Shown: positions 28,750 through 42,334 of the stretch, piece by piece
Numbering within the stretch: the first letter of the stretch is position 1
Layout of the letters: the number at the start of each line of letters is the position of its first letter
NCBI RefSeq assembly: GCF_009914755.1
Contig: NC_060936.1
Reading direction: 5' to 3' (one strand)
Length of the DNA: 64,000 nucleotides
Origin: the human T2T-CHM13v2.0 reference genome, Homo sapiens
The notes under the pieces: model-generated
What the model was told of the DNA's origin: nothing
Databases searched by the model: none
What the model saw: the letters and a program-made list of their open reading frames with translations, nothing else
Position numbers and translations under genes: made by a program

Positions 28750-29570
28750 TGTGCTATTATAAAATATATACTGTATTTGGCCTTCATCCCTGTTTCCTGG
28801 AGTACAGCTCCTAAAACACTTGGAATCTCTTAAGTGATAAGTAGGTGTCTTTTTGTATGCTAACAAGATGACTGATGGTTGGGGACTCCTGGACAGCATC
28901 AGGGTAGAGTCTGGTTGCCAGAGGAACCAGATACCATTGGCCATTGGTGATCAACTCAACCTTCAGCCTCTCTTCACTGCCCGATTAACTCTAGGGAGGG
29001 AAGAGAGGATGAAGGTTGAGTTGATCACCAATGGCCAATGGTTTAATCAATCATGCATATGTAATAAAGCTTCCATAAAAATCCAAAATGATTGAGTTTG
29101 TAGAATTTCTGGGTGGCTAAACACATGAAGTTTCCTGGAGGGTGGTGTGCCTGAAGAGGGCATGGAAGCTCCACGTCCCTTCTCCCATACATTGCCAAAT
29201 GCATCTCTTCATCTGGCTGTTTATCTGTATCCTTTGAAATATTCTTTGTAATAAGTGGGTAAATATAAGTAAAATGTTTCCCTGAGTTTTATGAGCCACT
29301 CTAGCAAATTAGTCAAACTAAGGAAGGAATCATGAAAGCCTCAAGTCATAGCTGGTCAGTCAGAAGTACAGGTCACAACCTAAGACTTGCAATTGGCATC
29401 TGAAGTGGGGGACAGTCTTGTGGGACCAAGCCCTGAACTTGTGGGATCTGACACTATCTCCAGATAGAGTGAGGATTGAATTGACACCAGAGAATCTAGT
29501 GTCAGAAATGTGTTGAGTGGTGTGTAAGACTAGGGAAGTTATTTTGGTTTTCTTCTATCCCTTAACTGTC
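28750..29570 (+). mobile_element. MER21-family LTR
   Basis: CAGCTCCTAAAACACTTGGAATCTC…GTATGCTAA…GGTTGAGTTGATCACCAATGGCCAATG…GGCATCTGAAGTGGGGGACAGTCTTGTGGGAC. Confidence 0.88.
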
Positions 29571-30061
29571 ACTTTCCTTTTTCTCTGAATTTGAAAGTAT
29601 ACAGGATAGAAATTATTAATTTTATGATAGCTTGGTAATATTCACCTGTAAATTGATCTGAACCTATTATATTTGAAGGGGGGAGACTTTTGATTATTGT
29701 TTTGATTTACTTAATGACTAATTTAATAATATTCACATAAACTGCAACTGCAAATTTATTGACAGAGTTGTTAATAATAATTTGTTATTTTTAAAATCTC
29801 AAATTATTTTTAGATAACATTCTTTTGTGGTCCTAGTATCATTTATTTATGACTTTCTTTTCTTTTTTATCTGTAGTACTGTTTAGTTTTATTTATCAAT
29901 GTTTTCACATAACCATTTGTTGATTTTTATTGATCTTACCTACTGTATCTTGTTTTCTAATTCATCTAATATCTGCCTTTATTTCTTTCCATCTAGTTTT
30001 CATAGTTAAGTTGTGCTTCTTTTTTTACAATTTCTTAATTTAAGCCCTTATTTATTTCCAG

Positions 30062-30390
30062 CTTCCTTCCTTTCCCTTCCCCTCTTCCTTCTTTCCTTCC
30101 TTCTTTCCTTCCTTTCTTTTTCTTTCTCTTTCTTTCTCCTTCTTTCCTTTCTCCCTTCCTCCCTTCCTTCCTCCCTCCCTCCCTCCCCTCCCTCCTTTCT
30201 TTCTTTCCTTCTTTCTTTCTTTCTTTCCTTTCTTTCTTTTTTCTTTCTTTCTTTCTTTCTTTCTTTTTCCTTCCTTCCTTCCTTCCTTTTTCTTTCTCTC
30301 TTTCTTTCTTCTTTTTCTTTCTTTCACCTTCTTTCCTTCCTCCTTCATCCCTTCCTTCCTTCCTCCCTCCCCTCCCTCCCTCCCTCCCTC

Positions 30391-30441
<51 letters not shown>

Positions 30442-30445
30442 TATT

Positions 30446-30496
<51 letters not shown>

Positions 30497-30520
30497 TCCT
30501 TCCTTCCTTCTTTTTCTTTC
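30062..30520. repeat. Complex (CTTC)/(CCCT)/(CTTT)/(CT) polypyrimidine tract
   Basis: ~460 nt almost entirely C/T. Confidence 0.97.
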
Positions 30521-32529
30521 TGCCAACACTCTCAGTCATTCTTCTTTTGTCAGTCTTCTCTCTCTGGTAGCATTTACAATTTTATCTTTGTAGCTCATAT
30601 TCTGTAGTTTCACAAAAATGTGTGTTGGCGTGAGTTTATTTTAAATGTTTCCTCTCAGCACCAGGAACACTCTTTCAATTTGAAGATTACGTTTCTTCAG
30701 TGTAGGATAATTCTCAGTCAATATCTCTTTACCGCTTCCCTTTATCATCTCATTGGTTTTATTAGTGTTAGATTTCAGATTTTTAATTTGCAAAATCATT
30801 TTCAATGAGAATTTTTTTTGGTCTGTCTTTTCTTCCTTTCTTTCTTTTTCTTGTTAAAATTCTCTTTCTTTCCTCTCATCTTAGCAGCTTTCCCATATTC
30901 TGTGTATGTGTGGCAAACCTTTTGGGCTCCCTGTCTAGAACCAGGTTTTATAACGATGTTTAGGGGTTCCTGTTCAGCAGTGACATTGAACTATTCCAAA
31001 TACATTCATGGAGCTCGTTGGCTTAGTTCCTGGTCATGAGCCTATGTCTTAGTATTTCTGTATTCTAGACCTACAACAGCTTTTAAAGCCACAGCTTCAA
31101 GCAATAAGTTGACAACTGTTTTCAAATTCTACCTTTACATATAGGGGGCCTTTCTCTGGCTACTGACTCCAAGAAGTAAGGCTAGATCTAGTGCCCTACC
31201 ATGCATGGAAAACTTTTAGTATTGGTTTCCTTTGAGGAAACAAGACTCAGTTACTATGCCTATTATTGGGCATGAAGATCTCCAGAACTGTTGCTTCCAC
31301 AATACTTACTGCTTATATTTCAGTTCTATTTCTTATCTACTAAACTGTTTACTTTGCTTTTGAGCAGCCTGTTTGGTTACATCTTTTAAAACATTTTATT
31401 TATTACTGCATACTATTTGTTCATTAAAAAGAATCTTGATGTTTAATGGCTTTGTTTTATAGGCCAAGGCAATATGCCCTTTACAAAAACTTTGATATCC
31501 AAGAGAAAACTTCAAACACCCTTAATAATCCTAATATGAAAAAATACTTAAAAATCCATATGTTCATTTTACATAAATGTTTAAAATCTCGCTTTATTTT
31601 TAAAATGATAAATTGACCTTAAGTCTTCTAATCAGTCTAGTTCTTTGCTCTTCAGATGCATATAGCAGTAATAAATAAAATGTCATCTCCTCATCTCTGG
31701 GGCTGCCCAGTAGCCTTGTTCTGCTCCATCCTGAGTCTCACCTATTATGGAAGATGTGGTGCAGCTCAGGGTAGAGTTATGTGTGACCTATAGATCAGTT
31801 ACCCAAAGCAAGTGTCTTTACTGACCCCTTTACTAAATAAAATTGAAAAATATACAAATATAGTCAAAACCCACTTGGTGAACCGAGAATGTCTAACACT
31901 CAATTCTAAGAAGTCAAAACAGCGTAAACACATTAATATAGTCAATGTTTTAGGGCAATGTGAAAACCTAATAAAGGATTTCTGGGAAATCATTCATTCA
32001 ACATGCGTTAATCAAGTCACAACTATGTTACAAGAAATGATGCCTATCTTCAAGGATCCCATAGGCATTGAGGAGAAGAACTTAAGTGTTGAATCACTGG
32101 CTGAGAAATTCAAGCAAAGACCTATGAGCAGAGATACTTTTATTTTGTTTGTTCTTCAGAAGCAAAATTATCTTTAAAATTTCTTAAAATAGAAAATTTT
32201 CCCTTGTTGCCTTGTTTCCAGGAAATTAGGAGGCAAATTTTATGTTCAATTGTATTATTATCTAAGGTTTGCAAATAATTATCTCAGTCTTTCATCTATT
32301 GAATTTTGAATCCCTTTGCAAATGTTATCACTATCATAAAGTTCCCTCGAATTTTTTTAAATTAAGATATTAGCAAGTAGATGATTGAATGAATTCATTA
32401 ATAGTATTTGAGCTGTGAGGAGGAAAATTACAGAATCAGTTCAGGACTGAGTTGAACAGAAGTTCCAAAACAGCCCTGACTCATAAGTAGAAAATTGCCA
32501 AATGTATTCTATTTTCATTTGTATGCTGT

Positions 32530-32720
32530 GTAATGTACATGAATAACTCCCTTACCACCTTCCTCGGAACTCTTCAAATGGAATTTTATGTCTGGTTACG
32601 AGTAACACAATTTAAGAAAGATGTGGATATACTGGAAAGGTTACAATGGAAACCATTTAAAACAATTAGAAGTCCAGAAACCATGGTTTGTAAGGGAAAT
32701 GGATGGAAACATTAGACTAA
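32530..32720 (+). mobile_element. CR1/L3 LINE relic (ORF2 C-terminal region)
   Basis: Translation EFYVWLRVTQFKKDVDILERLQWKPFKTIR resembles the CR1 motif EYCVQFW.PHFKKD.DKLERVQRRAT.MIR. Confidence 0.7.
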
Positions 32721-34254
32721 TTAAGCAAAAGGGGAAATTGAGCCAGGTTAAGAAGAAGACGAAATGAGCGAAATACTTTTTAACTATAGTAAGAGAAGAT
32801 TGGACTTTTTGAAAGAACCATTATTTCACTTAAATGTTGAGAGGATTTTGACAAGGAGGTTAAGAACATTTTTCTAAATGTAGAACTCGCATAAGCCACT
32901 GTTTCCCTCAGTCCTGCTTTGCTCATCAGTCTTCCTGACAAAGAAAGTTCAGTCATTTTTCTTTAGTAACAGCAATAATAGGGTCAATGAGAAAGAACCT
33001 CCCACATCCTCTTGGAGGAACTATGTCTTTGAACCTGGAATTGCTCCAACCATCTTTGTGGATCATTTAAAGGCTAAAAATATTATATTCTTCCAAGAAG
33101 TTCCCAGAAGATGCCCACTGAAATTCAGTGAGGTATACATGGGAGAGTGCTCCTCATTGGACGGAAAAACTGGATCCCAGACCCAGCTCTTTCAGTAGCT
33201 TGTGGTTAGTCAAATAACCTGTAAGCTTTGTTTCTTTGTCTCTGAAATGAGTTGGGGGTGGAGGGAAATCTCTGAGGGCTTTCAGAGTTTTGATTAGCTA
33301 TGGTTCTATGGAATTCTGAGATTTAAGATTACTGGGGTCAAGCAAGAGCAAAGAATAAGGAATAGGATTTTTTTTTTCCAGGCACTTTCATCAGCAACTT
33401 GTTGCATTAGCATGCCAGCAGAAACAAACAGCTTTGTATGGCTCACAGTGTCCTCACTGCCCTCATTACTGAGCTTTGTCTTGGCCAGACAGGATGTTGG
33501 CATCATTGGTAAACTTTGACCTATGCTTTTTCCAAGGAGAAAGGGAGAGAGATTATCAATCTTCTTGCTTGTCTCTGACCCCAGACCCACCCTGCTTCTC
33601 TGCACCATCACCTCAGTCTGTTTCAACACAGATTTTTATATATATTCCAGTAAATAATGCCTTTTAAACATTCAGATAGCTACTTTGATCGCATTCAAAC
33701 TTTCAAAGTTAACTAAATACAATCCCTCAAAGCCCAAATACTTTGAATTCTTTTTTTCCTTTTTAGCATTGGCACACTGTGGTGCTTCCCAGTGCGGAAA
33801 CTCCTTCCACATCCTTATCCTTGTTCACACTTTCCCCATCAATCTGATGACATGAAACCGCTTGACTCATAAACAGGAGTTAGAGAAACAGAGGTTAAAC
33901 CACGGGCACCAAAAGTGGTTGTGAGTCTGTGAGTGTGGAAAAAGTGGGAAAATCCGCAAGCATGTGGCTTTTAACCATCTGCCTCAAGTGCTGAACTGTG
34001 GAACCACGTTCAGCGACAGCCTGCTATTTAAAATAATACAAACACTTTCCCCCCTTTTCCTGGGAAAAGAAGAGCACATTTTGCTAGAAAACACCTTCTT
34101 TTCTGAAATCTTCATTATGAGAATAGATCTGTCAACAGCTGTCACTTTTCTTCTCCCTTTAATTGACATTGGGGATCCCTGTAACTCTGTTTTAATACTG
34201 TTCTTCATTGCTGATCTTCTTTCACCTTTTGTGTATTGTCTAGTGACCTAGGAG

Positions 34255-34515
34255 AGTAATAACTATAGCAAATTCTTACGCAGTGCTTATTATTTGCCTA
34301 AAACTATTCTAAGCACTTCATGTATATTATCACATTTAATGTTTACAAAACTGCGTGGCATAGGTATTGTTATTGTGCCTCTTTAACACCCAAAGAAATA
34401 GAATATAAAGAGTTTAAAGAGCGTTTCTCAGGTCATAGAGCTAGTGGGCAACAGAGCTGGGATTTGAATTTGGGCAGTCTGGCTCCAAAATTTGTACTCT
34501 TAACCATCATGTTCT
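34255..34515 (-). mobile_element. MIR SINE
   Basis: GTGCTTATTATTTGCC…CTAAGCACTTCATGTATATT…AGAGCTGGGATTTGAA…GCAGTCTGGCTCCA. Confidence 0.85.
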
Positions 34516-34612
34516 GAGAAAGAAAAAAGATGGAAACCAAGTAAAAAGATGGTGCCACAGTGATGACACCAAGACATGGCAAGCTTTTGAATAGACCTCT
34601 AGGTCAACTCTT

Positions 34613-34753
34613 TTTTAAAAAACAATTTTTTTGTAAAGATGGAGTCTCGTTCTGTTGCTCAGGCTGTTCTGAAACTCAGGGACTCAAACAATCCTCCGGC
34701 CTTGGCTTCTTAAGGTGCTGAGATTACAGATGTGAGTCTCTGCATCCAGCCCC
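34613..34753 (-). mobile_element. Alu monomer (FLAM-like)
   Basis: Single left-arm monomer flanked by a perfect 12-bp TSD AGGTCAACTCTT (34601-34612, 34754-34765). Confidence 0.85.
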
Positions 34754-36245
34754 AGGTCAACTCTTCCTAGGAAAGTACACCAGAGACAACTTGGTTCAGA
34801 ATAAAACATTACCCATTTCCTTATTTCAATTTTCTTTGTGTCCCTGTAGCACCTACAGAATAGCTAGCAAGTTCACCTAGCAAGTTCTCAATAACAAAGT
34901 GTTAAATAAAAGAGCCCATTGCAAGCCTACAGTTTATTAACTTAAGACCCTTAAATTGACCTTAAATGCTTTGGTGAGTGAAGTGGTAGAAAAGACTGAT
35001 ACTGCAGGTATCAAAACCAGTTTTGTGGCAATTATCATATACACAAGGGGAATGAAATGTTATAGTTCAAATGCGGTAACTTGAAAGTTTTATTAATAAA
35101 ACTGAGCCTGCCAGATACCACCACGTAACTGGAAGTTTTCAAGTGCTCTCCTGGGGGCGTCTCAGCATGGTCAGTGTAAACATTCACTTACATTGAGATT
35201 ATTGTAAACCACCCTGTGCTGTGAAACTCATCATAATGCAAACTAATTACCATGAGACAGGCACAGTAAGTTTAGTACATCTCATCTCTCCCGTTCTCCT
35301 CCTTACGTCCATGCTCCCTTTTTGAAGTATGTAAGAAGGTCTCTATTTTACTTTTTCATCAGTTCTTAGTTCATTACAATGAAACAAACATTACGATGAG
35401 CATTTACTATATACTATATACTGGGGATTTCTTGTAATCAAGAAGCTTACTCGGTCCAACAGGTTGGCATATTTTTCATTCTTTTAATGGTCACACTTAT
35501 TCATTCCTAAATTTGACACTGACTTATAATGATAAATAAATTGACTACCATAGATACTAAAAGAATCATCTGAAATTCAGATTATCCCAATTTCTCCCAA
35601 TTTCATCCTTTATTTTGACTGGTGGTGTCTAAGTGCATGCAAGACAAGCTCTTTCTCTGTGAATTTCAAAGGGAGTGCACTAGGAAAAAACTTCATGTTT
35701 TTTTCTTCTGTAAATCGTCAATTTGGAGGGTTTTTTTGGTACAAATGGAGTCAGAGTGCTTTATTCCCTTGTATCTCTCACATTATGTGGGTTTGTTAAC
35801 TGCATGAGTCATATGGCTACAACTTTTGAAAATTTCAGACTTAACAATAAACAGTAAGAGAACAGATCTCCTTTATCTCTGGAGCTGGGTATTCCGTCAT
35901 TTATAGACAGTTGCCCAGAGCTATGAAATGCTGAGTGTGTGAGTGACCAACTAGGGGAGGTGTTTGGAGCAGACATTCACTCCGTCTGTGTCTGTATAAT
36001 ACTTGCCTGAGACCTGTTTATCTTCCATCTCTAACCTCAGCAAATCTGTGTCCGTGACTAGGGAAATGTGGGAGAACTCAAGGGGGCATAAAAATAAAAA
36101 GATGATTTCGTTTTATAAGAACATGAAAGAAACTGACATGCTCTGTTGAAGTGCCCAGTAGTTCAGAATGTGACCTTATGTGGAAACAGGGTCTTTGAAT
36201 GTGACCTTATGTGGAAAAGGGGAAATTGAATGTGGTAATCATTTC

Positions 36246-36681
36246 TACATTCATTTCCTGGGGCTGCCATTAAAAAGGTACTACATACCAGGTGGCTGAA
36301 ACAACAGAAATGTATTGTCTCACAGTTCTGGAGGCTAAAAATCCAAACTCAAGATATCAGCAGGACTGCTTGTTTCTGAGGGCACTGAGGGAGAATCTGT
36401 TCCACACCTGTCTCCTGGCTTTTGGTAGCATCAGGCATTCGTTGGCTTGTAGATGGCATTCTCTCTGCATTTTCACATTATCTTCCCTCTATATATATCT
36501 GTCTCCATGTCCAAATTTCTCCTTTTTATAAAGACACCAGTCATATTGGATTAGGCCCACCCTAATGCTCTCATTTTAACTTGATTACCCATATAAAGAC
36601 CCTGTTTCCACATAAGGTCACATTCTGAACTACTGGGCACTTCAACGTATCTTTGGGAAAGATAATTCAACCCACAGCAAT
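36246..36681 (-). mobile_element. MLT1B/C MaLR LTR
   Basis: GGCTGAAACAACAGAAATGTATTGTCTCACAGTTCTGGAGGC…ACACCAGTCATATTGGATTAGG…TAAGGTCACATTCTGA. Confidence 0.88.
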
Positions 36682-37019
36682 CACCAAGAAAGTGAAGTGA
36701 CATGCAGACTTAGAAGCAAACCTAATAAATCTGCATTCTTTAAATAAAAGCCTTGTGGCTCTTCCTCCTCACACAGCTTCAGTCCTTAGACTGACTTGTG
36801 CCCGACTTAAATAAGGACTGTGTGTGAACAGAATTTTCTACCTCCTGAGGCTCTGAATATATTTCAAGATAGAACCATGAATTTGTGTATTCATTCCAGG
36901 CCGGGTCTGGGGCAATAATTCTAAATCACAGTGCCAAATCTGTTATTAGTTAACTTGTTTTCCAAGCTACTTTTTTATGAGTCTTCATTTTTTGATCTGT
37001 CAAATGGGCATGAGTATGT

Positions 37020-37168
37020 ATGTCTTAACTATCCCACTAGAATATATAAACTCTGCAAGTATAGGGATGTTAGTGTATTTTGCTCACTAAAATATTCCAA
37101 AGCAGCCAGAACAATGTTGGCACATAGTAGGCAATTAATATGTATTAAATTCATAAATGAATAAATAG
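37020..37168 (+). mobile_element. L2 3' end
   Basis: CCCACTAGAATATATAAACTC…GGCACATAGTAGGCAATTAATA…ATAAATGAATAAAT. Confidence 0.75.
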
Positions 37169-37228
37169 GCTTGCTACATGCATTAAGTTTATATTATGCA
37201 TGAAAAGATCTAAAAGTTAAAATGTTCT

Positions 37229-37583
<355 letters not shown>

Positions 37584-39001
37584 TTAGAAGATGAAGTGTC
37601 TGGCCTCAGCACTGCTGACTCACTGTATGGTCTATCCTTAACTGTAAAGTAAGGGAGATAATTTCTAAAGTCTCTTTCACTCTAAAATTCTGAACTTATA
37701 TTTTTATGACAGGAAATGCAGTGATAATGTGTGTTTCTAAGTCCCATGTAATAGAGGCAAACCCTCTGGTACATACTATACCTACTTTTTGTTCTCAGGC
37801 TTTCTTAGGGTCTATGACTAATTTGAACTCCTTCCTTTGTACACAGACTGAACTTGAGCCACACCCTTGAAACCAGTTGAAATGGAACCCATTCTCAAGT
37901 GTTTGGGCTGGAACCATGGAAAGAGAGCAGATGCAATGGTCAGACTTTCTCTCATGTGTATTCTTCTCCACACTTGGTACAAAATTGAAAAGGAAGTTTC
38001 ATGTGCAGAAAACTACCAGGAATGAAAAGTAGTGGGTTTGGATGACTTTCCCAGAGTGGTGGGAATTTGGAATTCTTATAATGCAAATCAATACTAAGTC
38101 CGTTTAGAATCAGACAAACAAAGTGATGATTATTTTACGTTTTTGGGCCCAGAGCAAATCTGCTTCCAGCTAGTCTAGTACCTATTAACATTTATAAAGT
38201 TCTTTCTAGTAAAGGACAAGTCTTTGGGGAATAGCTCATGCCTAGCTATTTCGTGCCTTTTCACACTTGGCATAAAACAGATCTACAAATCCAGGTTTTG
38301 ATGTGGAAATTCTTCCTTGTTATAAGAATTCTGATTCTTGAAATCCTCCCTTTCCCACCCCACTCTCATCTCCTAAAACTACCTGGTGGTGAAAGAAGTC
38401 AGTGGGGAATCATTTCTTAAGCATTATGATTGGCCTGCAAGAAAAATCTACTCTGCTGGTTTTATGACCCAGATGGAGGCTCAGACCCTCTCTACCAGGG
38501 ATGGCAATTCTCATTGACTCCAGACATGCATGCGCTGTCTATCCAGGGCATGTTGTGGGTATCTTCAGTACCTCTCTTCTCCGGGTTTCTAATAACTTTA
38601 ACTGTTCAATTTCCGCTCCCTTTGCTATCCTATAAAAAATGCAACCCCTTAAAGTGAGGAAGCTGCCTCAGCCAGGAATCACTCAGCTCACACGTACCAA
38701 TATGTTGCCTACGGAGTTCAATGAGAAGTATGTTTCTTACTCCTTGGATGAATAGCTAGACCTAAAAATCCTATTGGCCCCAAAATATCATGGTATCTTT
38801 TGGAATATAAACTCTTTAAGCGATCCTGATATGATTTCTTGATAGTGACCACTTCCTTGTCCAGAGGAGTGTGTATATGGCAGCAATTGTACTAGGTTCT
38901 GGGATATAAAGGTAAATGCCACATGAATTTGCCCTCAGAAACTTCACATTCCAGATGGAGAAACAGATAGGTAAACAACCACCTGCAACACAGTGTGAGC
39001 T

Positions 39002-39063
39002 ATAGAGATGATAGATAGATATTAGATAGATAATAGAGATAGATATAGATAGGTAGATGATAG
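39002..39063. repeat. Imperfect (GATA)n repeat within a minus-strand L2 relic (~38870-39330)
   Basis: ATAGAGATGATAGATAGATATTAGATAGA…; flanks are L2-like. Confidence 0.8.
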
Positions 39064-40962
39064 AAAGAAAGAATGGACAGGCACATTGTTTAGGGGAAGA
39101 TTTGTTTCATGTAGGGGTTCCTGGGTGGTTGGTTCACAAAGGGTCATATCTGATCTGGGCTTTGAAGAGTAGGAAGGAAATAATATTCCTGGCAGAAAGA
39201 GAACAATGTGAGCAAAAGCAACTTGGGTGCGGTAAAGTAATGGTGAGTAATGTGGTAAAGTATGGTATCTTCTGCATGGCTGGAAGATACCGTATTTTAG
39301 GTGGAGTGGTTGGAAATAAACTGGAAAACTTGGACCAGTTCTCCAAGCTCCCACCTGGGCTGACTCTCTAATAGAAGGTCAACTTTTGGCAGCTCAGCAG
39401 CTACCCCTACTGGCAAGGCAGAGTTGGTATCATGAATTTTGAATAGGGTCTTGCCTGTCTTGGGAGCAGCATTTCTTCAAAACATGTACTATGCGTTAGC
39501 ACTTCCAGCTCTAACCTTCATCCTCACCCCGCCATTAAGCTATTCTATGAAAAAGGGATACGAGGGCTAACGATGCATTTGTGATATAGTGCTGCTAATC
39601 AGCATAAGGCTATATTCAGCAATACAGGAAATGTCTTTGGGACCCCTGTAGAAGTAGTTGAGGCTACTCAATAGTTTTGTTTGAGGCTACTCAACTGTTT
39701 ATATTTTCAATAGGTTTCAGTTCCCGAAAGATTATAGCAGTGTGGCCTCCATCAGCTTGTCTCCATCTTATTGATAAATTCATGAAGGTTTTAATACCAG
39801 TTACATGCCAGACATGACCAGAAACTTATCCCCATCAAGAGGGAGAATTTCCATCTTCGGAGCTGAAGAAGAGATGAGTGTAACACTTCTAATTTTTTTT
39901 CCAACACTCTATCAATTAGCTTTCCCCATATTTTCCAAAAGAAAACTTTACTTTTCTCCTCCACAGAAATTTTGGATTTCTAAGGTGAAGGAACTCCTCC
40001 TGATTCTTCAAGTTTAAGGGTGGCCACAAGAAATAAATATATGCAGTGTTTTCCCTGGGGCTTAAGTGAAAAATCTAAGGGATGGGATGAAAGGGACTGA
40101 GTAGGGAAACATGAGATTCTTTCAGAGCTTTCAGTCTACTGAAAAGTCCTCGTTTGACCTAAACTCTAATTTTCTAGGAAGTATGGGAGTCCCAGGTTAC
40201 TTCATTTCCAAGGTACAGGAGATTTCTTTCTAGTTTTGATGATCTACTTGCCCTTCAAAATAAAAGGGGATATTTACAGGAGTCATTACTCTCTGTGACA
40301 TCCTCAGGAATGATGTCCACCCTTAGCCCAAGCTCGAGAAGAATTAGAGGATGGGACAAAATAACATTCACTTGAGAACAGGTTTTTAGTTATTCCTAGT
40401 ATCAGGACAAATGCCAAGCAATCTTTCTCACCATCTATGAATGATGCAGCAGGCCCGCCAAAGTCAAACTCTGGGATCCCTCAAGTCACTAAGTCATAAC
40501 TCAAATCCACATGTTATGGAAGCAAAGACTACTCTTGGTGGCTGTTCTGGTCTAGTAAGACAGTTCTAGTATTGCTCTTGTGAGTAATAAAGGCCAGGTG
40601 TCAACAGCTCCAACAGCAATAGTAGAAGCTAAGAGGGGGACAGCAGGGACATAGGTGTCATCCGTTCCAAATTATAGTCTGTGTACAGAGAAAGTGCACA
40701 GCCTGGAGAGGACAAGGAGAGAAGAATTTGGCTTATTATCGAAACCAGACATTTTAGTCATAACTGCTCCCTGTTCTCTGACCTTTCTCCCTGTGGCTGG
40801 AGTTTGGATTCTAGTCCTAGCTTAAGTCCTTTTCTGTGTAAATCAAGAAAATAGAACTCATTCTAGGTGTTTCAAATTAAAAAAAGGGTACAATAAAGGG
40901 AAATGTGCTTAGCAAACTGTTAGAAGGGCTAAAAAAGCAAAGATTGAGAGAGGGTCCACTAA

Positions 40963-41293
<331 letters not shown>

Positions 41294-42334
41294 AGCCTTC
41301 ACATCTTGTTCAAAGATTTGTTAATGTTAAATGGTAACAAAAGTCTGTGAGTGAGAGAGTGTAGTAGAATGTATTTCTAACTGTATTTCTTCCATTCCCT
41401 ATGATATAAGAGAGATTATAGAACAGGGTGGAGTGGGAGCTAAATGACAACAGTCGACATACAGGAAACACTCCTCTGGGGTGTTTACCTTCTGGGTTGA
41501 ACTGCATGTTCACAGTTGGCTGGTATCTTGGCCTGTGCTGGGTTTCTACACACACTGAGGGAGCCGGTGAGATGGCTTTGTTTCCTGTGATCAAGAGCAG
41601 GCTTAGCATGTCAAAAAACGTTATCTTTGTATTGCCATCAAGCAGCATCATGTAGTCTTGCCTTGGCTTCACAATTCAAAAGTTAACATTTTTCCTACAT
41701 AGTTTTTCTCTCTCCCTTTCCCCATCACAATTACTTCAACAAAATCAAATGGGCATCTTCTCATCCAAAAATACTGTTGAGCACTTTCCTCCTCCTTACT
41801 AGAGGCCTCAAATTCATGTCAAAAACCAGACAGCATTAAAGAATAAAAGGATTGAAAGGACACAAGGTAAATAGGAAGAGCTGGGTAAAAGCATATTGCA
41901 GTATAAATTAAATTAAATTATCCAAAACTCTCTGTAAGTGAAACAAAAGAGCAGAGAAGGAAAAGCTCATTAAGGCTTGTGCACTTACTGTTGGCTTCAT
42001 TGGAAAAGGAGAAATACTAACTAGGTTCAGAGGGGAGATTTGGGTAGAAGGAAAGAAGAGAAGGCATTCCAAATGTGCCTATGTATATTGCTTATGTCAG
42101 AGTCAGTGAAGGTATCTGTTACGTGGGAGTTGAAGATGGTCTGAGAGATGAATGAAAAATCACACTGATGAAGATCTAGGTAGCCTCTTTGAGGCATTTG
42201 TCCTTCATAGGGTGAGGAGTAAAATCCATTGATGGTTCTTTCTTGCTACTACTCTCTATGTCCATATAGATCCAGTATTTTGGTTCCTTGTGGATATGTA
42301 CATAAAGAAATACCTTAAAATGAAAGCAGAAGAG

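Noticed and set aside
31812-32177. 121-aa ORF in apparently unique DNA
   Set aside because: Non-ATG start, no recognisable domain, no convincing splice context; length compatible with chance.
33368-33514. Possible plus-strand exon (T10-CCAG acceptor at 33381, GTAAAC donor at 33509); similar acceptor at 23646
   Set aside because: Weak or absent donor, no coding signal, no transcript evidence available.
35145-35162. CTCF-like CTCCTGGGGGCGTC
   Set aside because: Several mismatches in the core; not supportable from sequence alone.
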